NCBI GenBank assembly: GCA_963806855.1
Contig: CAWDYW010000001.1
Location: 640,001-704,000, forward strand
Reading direction: 5' to 3'
DNA length: 64,000 bases
From: an uncultured Verrucomicrobiae bacterium
GTDB taxonomy: Bacteria > Chlamydiota > Chlamydiia > Chlamydiales > Rhabdochlamydiaceae
Position 1 is the first letter of the stretch. Each line of letters begins with the position of its first letter. Positions 1-10,054 of this stretch are shown piece after piece. The translations under genes were made by a program, and so were the position numbers. Under the pieces are notes generated by a model that saw only the letters and a list, made by a program, of their open reading frames with translations, had not been told where the DNA came from and ran no database searches.

Positions 1-2
1 AA

Positions 3-719
3 GGAATCGAGGCCTTTTCAAATCTGCTCAAAAATCCGATCGACTACCTTACCTTTTTGGTGAAGAGCTCCTCTGTCGGCGTCGATCTCTCCAATCCGGC
101 GCAAAAAAATGAGCTCCTCCGCAAGCTGACCGAGCAAATCAGAGGCTGGGAAGAGCCGGTGATGGTGCACGAGAGCCTCCGCAAGATTGCCCAGCTGACC
201 CATGTCCCCGAATCGGTTGTCGGTGTCGGCGCCAGCACCCCCCAGGCCTATTTCATCAAGCGATTTGGCAATGCGGGCAGAGAGAACGTCGACCCAGACC
301 AAGTGCTAGAAACGGACCTGCTCCGCTGGCTCATCTTGCGTCCCGACCCCCGCCTGCTCGACATCGCCAAACTCAACATCGCTCCCGACCTCTTCCGTCA
401 TGCAATCTGCAAGCGGATTTTTGAGAAATTTATCGCCAGCGACGGGCCGCGCGATCTGATCTCGCTGGGAAGCATCCTCGAGAAAGAGGAGGAGCAGACA
501 CTGCTAGCGGAGATCGTGCGCAAAAAGGTGAATCCTGATAAAGCAGAAGAAGGGCTGGTCGAAGTGATCCATCGCCTGCTCATCCGGAAGTGGATGGAAG
601 AGCGGGAGGGGATCAAGCAGCGGATCCAAAGTGGAGCCTGCACCGACGAAGAGGCGCTCAAATTGGCGAAAGTCTTCGACGAGATTAGAAAGAACCAGCC
701 CACAGTGGTTTTACCATGA
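3..719 (+). CDS. dnaG: DNA primase, C-terminal part (5' end outside window)
   Basis: Frame open from position 3: GIEAFSNLLKNPIDYLTFL resembles the post-TOPRIM region, followed by a helical DnaB-binding-like C-terminus. Confidence 0.7.
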   Translation, partial: GIEAFSNLLKNPIDYLTFLVKSSSVGVDLSNPAQKNELLRKLTEQIRGWEEPVMVHESLRKIAQLTHVPESVVGVGASTPQAYFIKRFGNAGRENVDPDQVLETDLLRWLILRPDPRLLDIAKLNIAPDLFRHAICKRIFEKFIASDGPRDLISLGSILEKEEEQTLLAEIVRKKVNPDKAEEGLVEVIHRLLIRKWMEEREGIKQRIQSGACTDEEALKLAKVFDEIRKNQPTVVLP

Positions 720-1042
720 AACATATGATCTTTTTTGATAGCACTTGCAATATGTGCCAAAAATCGATCCGAAAAATCCAAGAGCTCGATAAAGAGAAGA
801 TCTTTGAGTTTTATCCACTCACTAGCGCCAAGGCCAAAGAGATGGTCCCGGAGAAATACCTCACCGGCGACACGATGGTCCTACTCGAAGATCAGAAGCG
901 CATTTGGCTACGCTCCAAAGCGATCTTTAGGATTTTTAAGCTGCTCGATGGAAAGTATAAATGGCTCGGAGTTCTCTGCTATGTGCCCGGCCTCGATCTC
1001 TTTTATCGCCTAGTCGCCCACAATCGACATCTATTTGATTAG
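716..1042 (+). CDS. DCC1-like thiol-disulfide oxidoreductase (DUF393)
   Basis: N-terminal FFDSTCNMC (DxxCxxC), RSKAI and YRLVAHNRH motifs; ATGA overlap with dnaG. Confidence 0.85.
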   Translation: MKHMIFFDSTCNMCQKSIRKIQELDKEKIFEFYPLTSAKAKEMVPEKYLTGDTMVLLEDQKRIWLRSKAIFRIFKLLDGKYKWLGVLCYVPGLDLFYRLVAHNRHLFD

Positions 1043-1377
1043 ACGCAAGCATGAACTAATTTGGCAAGCGTTTTTATTGTAGGATTTTTGCTCCGAAGGC
1101 TATGATAAAGGGTGGTTTTTGGTAGGTGAGCTTCTTTAGCCAATTGCGTTTTATTGAAAGCTTCCAAATGAATTTGAATGATTTCAATCACCCCTTCAGA
1201 GTCGCCATTTTTTAAGCATTCCCAAATTGCGCGGCCTATACGGTCCTCATCGAGTAGTGCTTGAGTTGGATCATACGTGTCAACTCCCATCCCAGCTTTG
1301 ATTTTACGCGGAGGTTTTTTAGCTCGTGTACTTTTTATAGAGACTCTTTGCCTTTCGGATGTCCTTTTCTTGACCAT
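1039..1377 (-). CDS. Addiction module antidote, HTH antitoxin (HI1420-like)
   Basis: NKTQLAKEAHLPKTTLYHSLRSKNPTIKTLAKL HTH; downstream of a RelE-like toxin. Confidence 0.8.
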   Translation of the reverse strand: MVKKRTSERQRVSIKSTRAKKPPRKIKAGMGVDTYDPTQALLDEDRIGRAIWECLKNGDSEGVIEIIQIHLEAFNKTQLAKEAHLPKTTLYHSLRSKNPTIKTLAKLVHACV

Positions 1378-1627
1378 TTTTATTACCCCCTAACAAAACT
1401 AAAATTTTCTTTTCTGGAATATATGCATAATAAATACGTCTGCCATTCTTCCATTTCAGCTCCCACACCTCACCATCGTCTGAAACAGATTTGTGGTCTC
1501 CAAAATGGCCTTCATCTTGGATTTTTGATAAACGATCATCTATTTGAACTTTAATTTTTTCAGTTTGTTCATCAAACCACTCCCGAAACTCGGGTGCTCT
1601 ATGGATACGGTATATACGCTCTATCAT
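1319..1627 (-). CDS. RelE/ParE-superfamily toxin (HI1419-like addiction module killer)
   Basis: EFREWF, GHFGDHKSV, VWELK, RIYY and LLGGNKNGQEKDIRKAK motifs. Confidence 0.85.
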   Translation of the reverse strand: MIERIYRIHRAPEFREWFDEQTEKIKVQIDDRLSKIQDEGHFGDHKSVSDDGEVWELKWKNGRRIYYAYIPEKKILVLLGGNKNGQEKDIRKAKSLYKKYTS

Positions 1628-1631
1628 CTTA

Positions 1632-1661
1632 ATAGTACAATATATTGAACGGTTTTTGCAA
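1632..1661 (-). promoter_or_regulatory. Putative TA promoter with palindromic operator
   Basis: Minus strand TTGCAA-N18-TACTAT; near-palindrome GTACAATATATTGAAC (1635-1650) overlaps it. Confidence 0.45.
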
Positions 1662-1749
1662 CCCTTTTCCGTGGACTTTTCCTAGAAAATGGAAAAATAG
1701 GATAAAAAATTGAGGATTAAAAGATAAGAAAAATTTTCCTTGGCATTAG

Positions 1750-1782
1750 AAAAAAAAACCCCGGTCATTTGCAGACCGGGTT
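1750..1782 (-). terminator. Rho-independent terminator
   Basis: Minus strand CCCGGTC-loop-GACCGGG followed by a T run, just after the stop of 1799..2575. Confidence 0.75.
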
Positions 1783-1798
1783 AATTTAATGGAAGGGA

Positions 1799-2575
1799 TT
1801 AGCCTTCGTAGGAAGCGAAGGAAACTATGGAGTTTCCAAAATTTGTAAACATTTGGTCACATTCTTTCTGCATCTGCCAAAAGATTTCGTTAAATTCTTT
1901 AGCTTGCTCAGCTGAAAGTTCACGCACTTCCCATGTCCAATTCTGATTAGGATTGCTTAACGTGCCATCCTGCTTTGGTAAAGGATTGATTTCCAGAATC
2001 TCATCATCAGCTTCTCGGCGGCATAGTGGGAGCTCACGGTATTGCTGTTCCAGTCTCTGAAGGTCATTCTCAATTTCCTTATTGATTTTATAGAATTGGT
2101 AAGAAAGGTAGATAGCGCCTAATGCGATCCCAGTCGTGACGGCTCCTATTGCAACCATTTCTATAGTCTGAGGATCATTCATATCAGGAAAATTTTGACG
2201 GACATATTCGCCAGCTTGCTGAAGCTTTTCACGAGCTGTTGGGACGTAACCTTGAATCGTTTCGCCAAACTCACCCATCTTCTCCGATGCATCAGCTAAT
2301 TTTTGACGGGCATAGACGTTTGCTTGCTCGAATCTTGTGCTAGTTGTGTTGAGGAATGCATCTTTGTACTCACCCATCTGCCCCTGAACCTGAGTTAAAC
2401 TTGGGAGCTGCTGATAGTAGTGATTGCCAAAAGCTACAGTGTTCTCAAACGCTTTAGAACTTTGCTCATGAACTTTGCTGCCGAAGGAGCTTAAAGTTTC
2501 ATAGAGAAATGCGCTTGTAGTGTCTGGACAAGTTGGTTGTGTACTAAAACCTTGAATTGCTTGTATTTCGCTCAT
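1799..2575 (-). CDS. Hypothetical protein with one TM segment, possible secreted effector
   Basis: 258 aa; Ser/Thr/Gln-rich N-terminus, helical repeats, hydrophobic VAIGAVTTGIALGAIYLSY; GAGG Shine-Dalgarno (SD). Confidence 0.6.
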   Translation of the reverse strand: MSEIQAIQGFSTQPTCPDTTSAFLYETLSSFGSKVHEQSSKAFENTVAFGNHYYQQLPSLTQVQGQMGEYKDAFLNTTSTRFEQANVYARQKLADASEKMGEFGETIQGYVPTAREKLQQAGEYVRQNFPDMNDPQTIEMVAIGAVTTGIALGAIYLSYQFYKINKEIENDLQRLEQQYRELPLCRREADDEILEINPLPKQDGTLSNPNQNWTWEVRELSAEQAKEFNEIFWQMQKECDQMFTNFGNSIVSFASYEG

Positions 2576-2593
2576 ATTACCTCAAATTTATGT

Positions 2594-3541
2594 TTAAACG
2601 GATCCATTATAATGGAGGGGGTGATTTTGTGCAATAAACTTTAGGGCATTCTCTGAAGAAATACCTTTCAGCTCAGTCTCAGAGAGCTTCATCTCATTGC
2701 GGATCCCCTCTAAAATCAAAGGATATTTTGACGAGTCAGACATTTCGTCGAAGAAGCCGTAGGGGCTGGGGGGGATGTCGCTCTGGTAGAAGAAATCTGC
2801 CCCAAAGCCAAGATTTTTAGTGCCGCCAAGCTGGTGCCCATAGGCGATCATATCGTAGAGTTGTCGCGGCTCTTTAAGAAATCCTTTGATGAAGACCAGC
2901 CCAATTACACCGTTGCGCGAAATAATTTCTTTAGCGACATCGTCGGGGAGGTTGCGCAACTGATCTTGGAGCGCCCGGAAATTGCTGTGGCTGGCCATCA
3001 CCCGCAGATCCAGATGATGTTTGTCAATGAAGTTGAGGGTCTCGCGGGCGAGCCGATCGGAGGTGTGACTAAAATCGATTGCAATGCCTCTTCCGCTTAA
3101 GAATCTGAGAAGTTCTTCACCATCTTTTTTGAGACCCGAATTGCTGCCACAGCCGCCGCCAAACCGATTCTCCCCATTCCATGTGAGGCTGATGTAGAGC
3201 GGGGTGATTTGGGTGAGGATGGTCTCCAGTCGATGGAAAACTGTATCGAGGGGCTCGGTTTCCTGTGCGAAGCCAGAGGCATTTTCAAAGGCGGGGAGGA
3301 TGTTTTGTTTGTTGAAGTAGTCGGGGTATTTTTCGGGAAGGGAGAGAAACACTTCGAGCTGTTTTGCCCCATTTGCCGCACACTCTGCATTTGTTTCGGT
3401 GTAGATGGCGAGCACTTGCAATTTGACGTTACCCGCTTTGAGTTGCGGGGCGCTGCAGCGGATAGCGGGATTGAAAGGGTCCCGCTTGGGATCGCGGGCG
3501 AGATAAAGGAGCAAGTCACAATGAAGATCGACGACGTCCAT
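2594..3541 (-). CDS. Membrane dipeptidase (peptidase M19)
   Basis: DLHCD, LTWNGENRFGGG, IDFSH, ASHSN, RNL and GADF motifs. Confidence 0.9.
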   Translation of the reverse strand: MDVVDLHCDLLLYLARDPKRDPFNPAIRCSAPQLKAGNVKLQVLAIYTETNAECAANGAKQLEVFLSLPEKYPDYFNKQNILPAFENASGFAQETEPLDTVFHRLETILTQITPLYISLTWNGENRFGGGCGSNSGLKKDGEELLRFLSGRGIAIDFSHTSDRLARETLNFIDKHHLDLRVMASHSNFRALQDQLRNLPDDVAKEIISRNGVIGLVFIKGFLKEPRQLYDMIAYGHQLGGTKNLGFGADFFYQSDIPPSPYGFFDEMSDSSKYPLILEGIRNEMKLSETELKGISSENALKFIAQNHPLHYNGSV

Positions 3542-3568
3542 ATTTTCTATTAGCCACCAGTCATTTTC

Positions 3569-3650
3569 AACGCAAAGACGCCAAGCCGCAAAGACGCAAT
3601 AAAAAGAAAATAATTTTTTTTGCGTCTTTGCGTCTTTGCGCCTTTGCGTT
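3569..3650. repeat. Inverted repeat built from tandem 8-bp (A/G)CGCAAAG units
   Basis: Arm 3569-3599 pairs with arm 3620-3650 (31 bp, 3 mismatches) around an AT-rich spacer. Confidence 0.85.
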
Positions 3651-3677
3651 TATCTAGTCTCAGTTCTACAACATCCA

Positions 3678-6635
3678 TCATTTTGCCTGGATTTTGCTAA
3701 AGTCGAGCAGCTCTTCAAAATGGGCGAAGACTTTGTGCAGCAGACTCAAGCGGTTATTACGTATTTTCAGATCATCGCATAGGATTTTCACATTGTCGAA
3801 TAGGTCTGCGAGGGGCTGTTGCAATTTCGCCATCTCGTGGAAGGCTTGAGCGTAGTTTTTTTGTTTGATCAGATTATGCCACTGCTTCTCTAGATGTGTC
3901 AGAGCGTGAACCAGATTTTTTTCTGCAGGTTCGGTCGCCAGCGCAGGATCGAATGTCCCTGGTGTCCCTTTCTCAAGCTGCCCTTTGGCCCGTTTGTAGA
4001 CTTCAAACAGTTTGCCGAAAGTGGGTTCTTTGCGGAAGTGGTGAAGGGTTTCGATTTTGCAGTATTGGTCGTACGGGTCGCGGAGCAGGCCCATGAGCGA
4101 GGCTTCCACTTCGTCTTTGGCAAATCCAAACTCTTCAAATACCCCTTTGGAGCGACTAGTGACGTAGGTGAGCACTTCTTCGCCTAGGAAGTCGTCAAGG
4201 TTCAAGGAGAGTTTGTTCTCGACTAAGATTTTGATGATGCCGATCGTCTGACGACGTAGTGCATAGGGGTCGGAGGAGGAGGTTGGAATGAGTCCCACTT
4301 TAAAGTAGCTGATCAGGTTGTCGAGTTTGTCTGCAAGGCTCAAGATGATGCCCGTCTTGGTTTTTGGAAGAGCTCCTCCCTCAATGCGGGGCTGCCAATG
4401 CTCTTCAATTGCCGTGGCCACTTCAGGATCTTCATTTTGGGCGAGGGCGTAATATTTGCCGATGGTCCCTTGTAGCTCGGGGAATTCGCCGACCATGTCA
4501 GAGGCGAGATCGGCTTTGCATAAGAGGGCGGCGCGGGCCACTTTTTTCTCATCAGCCAGCTGCAGCGTGTCGTTTAGCTTTTGGGCGAGGGTGACGATCC
4601 GCTTCACTTTGTCGAAGACAGAACCGAGCTCTTTCTGGAAGGTCATCTTCTCGAGCTTTTCGTTGAATTCCTCAAGTGGCTGCTCGAGATCTTGTTCGTA
4701 GAGGAAAATCCCGTCGGCAAGGCGAGCGGAAAGCACTTTTTGGTTGCCGTGTCGAATCAGATCGTTGGGAGTGTTGTCTGCGGTGATGATGAATTTGTTC
4801 ATCAGCTTGCCAGACATGTCGGCCAGTGGAAAATACTTCTGGTGCTCGACCATTTCAGAAGTGAGCACCTCGGGGGGAGCTCTTAAGAAGTCCGAGTTGA
4901 AATCGGCTGTTGTGAGCATCGGCCATTCGGAAAGGTAGAGCACTTGGGCCATCACCTTTTTCTTCTCTAGAGCTAAGGCCTGGAGTTTTTTCTCGATTGT
5001 ACCGAGTTGCTCCAGAATCGACTGCCTTCGCTCATCGACATCGGCGAGCACCTTGTGCTTCTTGAGGATGGCAAAATAGTCTGCAGCCTCTTTGAGGATG
5101 ATCTTCTGTGGATCGAGCTGCGCATGGCCGAAGGTATGGTGGCCCGAGCCGATATTGCCGACAACAAAGGGGATCACCTGATGAGCATAGAGGGCGACGA
5201 TCCACTGGAGAGGTCGAGGATAGGCGATGTCGAGTGTTCCCCAGCGCATTTTTTTGGGGAAATCGAGATTGAGGATCAGCTTGGGAAGCTCTTCGGCGAG
5301 CAGCTCGTAAATCGAGACGCCGGGAGTCTTCACCGTAGCGAGGAGATGTTCGCCGCTGATTTCGAGCCCTTCGATTTTGCCGATTTGTTTAAGAGTGACC
5401 GATTCTTGACCGATCGACTTTAAGAAACCAAGCCCCTGCTTTGTTGGAGTGCCATCTTCTCCGAACGCGACGGTGATCGCGGGTCCTTTCCGCTGGGTGA
5501 TCTTTTCGGCTGTCCCTTCGACGAGTCCCTTTATCTGGACACCGAGACGACGGGGCGTTCCAAACACATGGAGAGATTCGAAGGAGATGTCCCGCTGTTT
5601 CAAGAGGGCGCGCAAATCGTTTTCGAGATTCTGCATCCCGATTGGGACGAATGTGGCTGGCAGCTCTTCAGAGCCGATCTCGAGTAGGAAGGTTTCTCGC
5701 CGCTGGGGATCGAAAGATTTTGGCGCCGCTTCCAATTTGGGGATCCGGCTCTCTTCACGTGGAAGCTTGTCCATCAGAGGGAAGCCGAGTTTTTCGCGCG
5801 CTGTCAGATATTCAGTTGCAACAAGTCTGGCCAGATCGCGGATCCTGCCGATATAGCCGGTCCGCTCTGTCACCGAGATGACGCCGCGTGCTTGGAGCAG
5901 ATTGAAGGCGTGCGAGGCTTTCAAGACAAAGTCGTATGCGGGAATCGGGAGCTGGTGGGCGATCAGATCTTTTGCTTCCCGTTCATAGTCGTCAAAATGG
6001 CGCAGCCACATCTCGGTGGAGGCATAGGTGAAATTGTAGGCGCTCCATTCGACTTCATTGCGCTTGCAAATATCGCCATAGGTGTAATTCTCATTCCACT
6101 GCATGTCGTAGAAACTATCTTTGTTCTGAACATACATGCAGAGCCGCTCGAGCCCGTAGGTGATCTCGGCGCTGATCGGTTTTAAGGGGAGATTGGCGAC
6201 CGCTTGGAAATAGGTGAATTGGGTCACCTCCATCCCATCGATCCACACTTCCCAGCCCATGCCTGAGGCGCCGATGGTCGGAGATTCCCAGTCGTCGTGG
6301 ACAAAGCGCAAATCGTGCTCTTTGAGATTGATTCCAATGGCTTCGAGCGATTCTTTATAGGTCTCCAAAATATCGAGCGGGGAGGGCTTAATGATCACCT
6401 GGAATTGGTGGAAAAGTTGCAGACGGTTGGGGTTTTCGCCATAGCGGCCATCGGCGGGGCGGCGGGAGGGCTCGACGTAGGCAGTCTTGTAAGGCTCTGG
6501 TCCCAAGCATCTTAGGAATGTAGCGGGGTTGAATGTTCCGGCCCCCACCTCGAGATCGTGCCCTTGGTGGATGATGCAGCCCCGTTTTTCCCAAAATTCT
6601 GAAAGCTTATGAATGATCTGCTGAAAGGTAAGCAT
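3678..6635 (-). CDS. glyQS: Glycine-tRNA ligase, fused alpha/beta subunits
   Basis: Alpha motifs [30 protein letters not shown]; beta motifs [27 protein letters not shown]. Start placed at MLTFQQ. Confidence 0.97.
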   Translation of the reverse strand: MLTFQQIIHKLSEFWEKRGCIIHQGHDLEVGAGTFNPATFLRCLGPEPYKTAYVEPSRRPADGRYGENPNRLQLFHQFQVIIKPSPLDILETYKESLEAIGINLKEHDLRFVHDDWESPTIGASGMGWEVWIDGMEVTQFTYFQAVANLPLKPISAEITYGLERLCMYVQNKDSFYDMQWNENYTYGDICKRNEVEWSAYNFTYASTEMWLRHFDDYEREAKDLIAHQLPIPAYDFVLKASHAFNLLQARGVISVTERTGYIGRIRDLARLVATEYLTAREKLGFPLMDKLPREESRIPKLEAAPKSFDPQRRETFLLEIGSEELPATFVPIGMQNLENDLRALLKQRDISFESLHVFGTPRRLGVQIKGLVEGTAEKITQRKGPAITVAFGEDGTPTKQGLGFLKSIGQESVTLKQIGKIEGLEISGEHLLATVKTPGVSIYELLAEELPKLILNLDFPKKMRWGTLDIAYPRPLQWIVALYAHQVIPFVVGNIGSGHHTFGHAQLDPQKIILKEAADYFAILKKHKVLADVDERRQSILEQLGTIEKKLQALALEKKKVMAQVLYLSEWPMLTTADFNSDFLRAPPEVLTSEMVEHQKYFPLADMSGKLMNKFIITADNTPNDLIRHGNQKVLSARLADGIFLYEQDLEQPLEEFNEKLEKMTFQKELGSVFDKVKRIVTLAQKLNDTLQLADEKKVARAALLCKADLASDMVGEFPELQGTIGKYYALAQNEDPEVATAIEEHWQPRIEGGALPKTKTGIILSLADKLDNLISYFKVGLIPTSSSDPYALRRQTIGIIKILVENKLSLNLDDFLGEEVLTYVTSRSKGVFEEFGFAKDEVEASLMGLLRDPYDQYCKIETLHHFRKEPTFGKLFEVYKRAKGQLEKGTPGTFDPALATEPAEKNLVHALTHLEKQWHNLIKQKNYAQAFHEMAKLQQPLADLFDNVKILCDDLKIRNNRLSLLHKVFAHFEELLDFSKIQAK

Positions 6636-6693
6636 AGGAATACAGTTTACTGAGACAATTGATTTTTTAACAAGGGTTTGGTAATATGGAGCC

Positions 6694-7020
6694 ATGATAG
6701 ACGAAATTTTTCCAGTTGAAGAGCTCCCTGCAGCAAAACGGCGCAAGCGCTGGGCCGAAGCTCATGCGCAAATAGAGATGCCGATGCCATCTGCTTTCTC
6801 CTGGCCGGGAGCCGTAATTCCACAAGTCACTCAGGCTCACGTGCTAAAGATCATCGATGAAGGGAATAAGAAAGTTGCCAAAACCTCTTTGGACAACTCG
6901 CGCTTCACTCGGGAAGATCACGAAAAGGAATCTAAACTAAGCCATACCAGACGATTTCATAGACGTACTGAACAAAAAAGTTTATTAAATAGAAAGATAG
7001 ATAAAATCCAGCAATCCTGA
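6694..7020 (+). CDS. Hypothetical protein
   Basis: 108-aa ORF filling the glyQS-pgsA gap with GGAG upstream; no recognised motif. Confidence 0.45.
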   Translation: MIDEIFPVEELPAAKRRKRWAEAHAQIEMPMPSAFSWPGAVIPQVTQAHVLKIIDEGNKKVAKTSLDNSRFTREDHEKESKLSHTRRFHRRTEQKSLLNRKIDKIQQS

Positions 7021-7048
7021 TACACTAAAAGTCTGTCGGAGGAATGTC

Positions 7049-7636
7049 TTGAATATCGCACTTGCCCTAACCTTAGGGCGCATATTCTTAAGCCCTGTAT
7101 TCATATTAGTTTACCTCTTTTATACGAAATTGGGGATCGGCCTCCTTGTGCTCCCCTTTATCCTCCTAGGCCTTGTCATCATAGCCGAATTGACCGACCT
7201 CTTCGACGGGATGGCCGCTCGCCGTAAAAATCAGGTGACCGAACTGGGCAAGATCCTTGACCCGATGGCAGACAGCATTTTCCGCCTTTCTGTCTTCCTC
7301 GCCTTTACCCAGGGGATTGTAGGCCTACCGGTCTGGCTCGTCCTCCTCTTCTTCTATCGCGATTCGATCATCAGCATGCTCCGGACGCTCTGCGCTCTTC
7401 GTGGCTTTACCCTTGCCGCCCGCCTGTCAGGGAAGGTAAAGGCTGTGCTTCAAGGGGTTGCGACCTTGGCGATCATCGTCTTGATGATCCCTTATGCCTT
7501 TGGGATGCTCTCGCTGGAGCTTTTTCAAAATATTTCTTTCTATATTGTCGCCGGGGCAGTGGCTTATAGCCTATTTTCCGGTGCTGAATATCTCTTTGCA
7601 AACCAAAACTACATAAAAAAAGCTTTAATTAAATAA
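7049..7636 (+). CDS. pgsA: CDP-diacylglycerol--glycerol-3-phosphate 3-phosphatidyltransferase
   Basis: TDLFDGMAARRKNQVTELGKILDPMAD CDP-alcohol phosphotransferase motif; multiple TMs. Confidence 0.92.
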   Translation: MNIALALTLGRIFLSPVFILVYLFYTKLGIGLLVLPFILLGLVIIAELTDLFDGMAARRKNQVTELGKILDPMADSIFRLSVFLAFTQGIVGLPVWLVLLFFYRDSIISMLRTLCALRGFTLAARLSGKVKAVLQGVATLAIIVLMIPYAFGMLSLELFQNISFYIVAGAVAYSLFSGAEYLFANQNYIKKALIK

Positions 7637-7640
7637 TTAC

Positions 7641-7669
7641 TTGAAATTTATAATAATTTAATATATAAT
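7641..7669 (+). promoter_or_regulatory. Sigma70/sigma66-type promoter
   Basis: TTGAAA-N17-TATAAT, followed by an AGGAG SD before 7692. Confidence 0.7.
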
Positions 7670-7691
7670 TATTATTAAAAAGGAGTAATTA

Positions 7692-8654
7692 ATGTTGAAT
7701 GTGAGTCGTGAAGGTTTCAGTAGTAGCGGTGAGGGGTTAAAGCTCAGTCAAGATGCTTTTATGTATGTCCCTGCCGGCATATTGGATCAGGATGAACCTG
7801 TAGAACCAGCAAGTCCCTTAGCAAATCGAAAGGTGACTGTGCAGAGTCAGAGAACGACTGATATTGAGCCAACAGTGCTGCATGAAAGAATCAGAGGCTT
7901 TCAAGGATCAGCTAGTCAACTAAATAAATTTTGTACAACTGTTCCAGTTCAAAATTCACGTGGTCAGCTGCTCAGAAATTCTTTCTTTTATGACGCAGTG
8001 ATGCTGCAAGGAGCAAAGGGGAAGGAATTTTTCCCTATGTGTAAAGGGGCTTTTAATGAAGCGCGCAAGTTTGGGCAGATTAGCGCGTTTGCCATCATCA
8101 ACTACATGAAAGCAGCGGCTGCAGCAGGAGATTATGGGGAAGTCAAAAGAGCATTTGATATTGCCTGGGACTGCAATCGTTATGATCTCGAGACCTTTAA
8201 TTGCTATATGCTCCTGATGGGAGATCGGGATTTTGATCAGTGTCGAAGAGGCTATTTCTTGGCGCTCAATTCAGAGCTTGCCGATATTTCAACCGATAAT
8301 ATCTGGATCTTTCAAAATGGAAAAAAAGGACAGGCTGATGTGGCTCTTTCAACATTTAAGTATATCCGAGACGACTCAGCCAATGCCAAGACTTATGCCT
8401 ATATTCTTTATATAATTGGCCAGATGGGGGATTTTGAAAAAGCTAAAGAGATCTTTGAAGAGGCAAAAGTAAAAGCGGCAGCGGGCAAAATCGAAATGAA
8501 CGAGTTCATCATCAACAATTTTATGATGATTGCCAATAAAGCTGGAAAATATACTGAGGCGATTGCCGCTTATAACGGGACTACAATCCGTAGTGACAAT
8601 ATTGGAAAATCCTATCAATACGCCTTCAATCGAAAGACTGGGCGTAAAGTTTAA
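7692..8654 (+). CDS. Pentatricopeptide-repeat (PPR)-like protein
   Basis: About six ~35-aa helical repeats, e.g. NAKTYAYILYIIGQMGDFEKAKEIFEEAK and NEFIINNFMMIANKAGKYTEAIAAYN. Confidence 0.75.
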   Translation: MLNVSREGFSSSGEGLKLSQDAFMYVPAGILDQDEPVEPASPLANRKVTVQSQRTTDIEPTVLHERIRGFQGSASQLNKFCTTVPVQNSRGQLLRNSFFYDAVMLQGAKGKEFFPMCKGAFNEARKFGQISAFAIINYMKAAAAAGDYGEVKRAFDIAWDCNRYDLETFNCYMLLMGDRDFDQCRRGYFLALNSELADISTDNIWIFQNGKKGQADVALSTFKYIRDDSANAKTYAYILYIIGQMGDFEKAKEIFEEAKVKAAAGKIEMNEFIINNFMMIANKAGKYTEAIAAYNGTTIRSDNIGKSYQYAFNRKTGRKV

Positions 8655-10020
8655 TGTACTTTTCAGCCGAGCAGTCCCAGCTTAAGTCGGTGCCCATCCC
8701 CTGATCGATGAGAGCGGGCCACTGCTTGGTTTTCATACTGGCAAATGCCCTCTCCAGAACCATGGCGACCCCCTGATTCTCCGGGGGAGTAAAAGTGAAC
8801 CCATTTTTCCCATCAAAAATCGTATCCTTGAGCCCTCCGGTAGCGCGCACAAGCGGGATAGATCCATAGCGTAGCGCAATCATTTGGGAGAGGCCGCAAG
8901 GCTCAAAAATCGAAGGCATCAAAAAGAGATCGCTGGCAGCATAAAGTAGATGAGAGAGTGCCTCATTGTAATCGAGCCGAATAGCAAGATCAGGGTGGGG
9001 CTCAATCTGCTCAAATTTCTTTTGCGTGGCAGGATCGCGGGTAGTGCCCAAGAGGGCAAATTGGCCTCCCAGCTCGAGAGTTTTTTTGATTCCATATTCG
9101 ATTAAGTCGGGCCCTTTCTGCGCCACCAAACGGGTCACAGCGACAACAAGTGGCTTATGCTCACTACGGGTCAGATTGAGAACTTCTTGCACATGCCGTT
9201 TATTGCTCTTTTTCCCTTCTATGCGGGTTTTCTTAGAATAATTGGCAGCCAGCATCGGATCAGTCTCGGGATTCCAGTAATCGGTGTCGATCCCATTCAG
9301 GATTCCAACCAGCTTTTTCTGATAACGATTCAAATAGCCTTCAAGTCCAAAGCCCCCATCAGCAGTGAGGATCTCTTGTGCATAAGTGGGGGAAACGGCC
9401 GTGATCCAGTCGCTAAAATGGAATGCCCCTTTCATTAGATTGATCGCTTGGGGATATTTGGGATCGCGCAGATCCTCTTCATTGAAAGAAATGCCGAGGC
9501 GCTGCAGATTGAAAGGGGCGCAGATCCCTTGGTGCTGCATATTGTGGATCGTGAAGACAATTTTGGGTCCATCCATCCGCATCAGGGCAAAGCCGGCAGT
9601 AGGCCAATCATGCAGATGAATCACATCGGGGGGCTGATTTTCGAGTGCGATGCTGGCCACTTTGCAGAAATAGAGAAACCGGTCGTTGTCATCCTTCTCT
9701 CCATAAATCCTGGTCCGAAGGAAGTAGTCCTGCGGATGGTGCGGCTCGATCAAGACCAGCTCCAGGCCATGAAAGCGGGCGGACCAGAGCGTATTGGGGA
9801 TCATATTCCCACTTTCCTGCACCGATAATTGCCCCATCGGGGAGAGATTTTCGAGGGCGCCATAATCGAGGCAATCGTACTTGGGGAGAAAAATGCGGAC
9901 TCGATGCCCCAGCTTGGCCTGAGCTTTCGAGAGGCCATAGATCACATCTCCGAGGCCGCCGACTTTGGCGATGGGGGCAAGTTCGCTGGCGATGTGCACT
10001 ATATCCATGATCCTCACCAT
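8626..10020 (-). CDS. glgA: Glycogen synthase
   Basis: KVGGLGDV, IHLHDW, FTIHN, GILNGID, EPCGLSQM and ATGGLKDT motifs; start may be the Met at 10008. Confidence 0.96.
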   Translation of the reverse strand: MVRIMDIVHIASELAPIAKVGGLGDVIYGLSKAQAKLGHRVRIFLPKYDCLDYGALENLSPMGQLSVQESGNMIPNTLWSARFHGLELVLIEPHHPQDYFLRTRIYGEKDDNDRFLYFCKVASIALENQPPDVIHLHDWPTAGFALMRMDGPKIVFTIHNMQHQGICAPFNLQRLGISFNEEDLRDPKYPQAINLMKGAFHFSDWITAVSPTYAQEILTADGGFGLEGYLNRYQKKLVGILNGIDTDYWNPETDPMLAANYSKKTRIEGKKSNKRHVQEVLNLTRSEHKPLVVAVTRLVAQKGPDLIEYGIKKTLELGGQFALLGTTRDPATQKKFEQIEPHPDLAIRLDYNEALSHLLYAASDLFLMPSIFEPCGLSQMIALRYGSIPLVRATGGLKDTIFDGKNGFTFTPPENQGVAMVLERAFASMKTKQWPALIDQGMGTDLSWDCSAEKYIKLYAQSFD

Positions 10021-10054
10021 ACAGATTCAAATTTTTTCTGTAACCATTCGTTCT

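Noticed and set aside
6636..6746. N-terminal extensions of GlyQS (also HtpX, AAA-ATPase, MsrA, MalQ) in the ORF track
   Set aside because: Longest-ORF artefacts; family-typical starts lie downstream.
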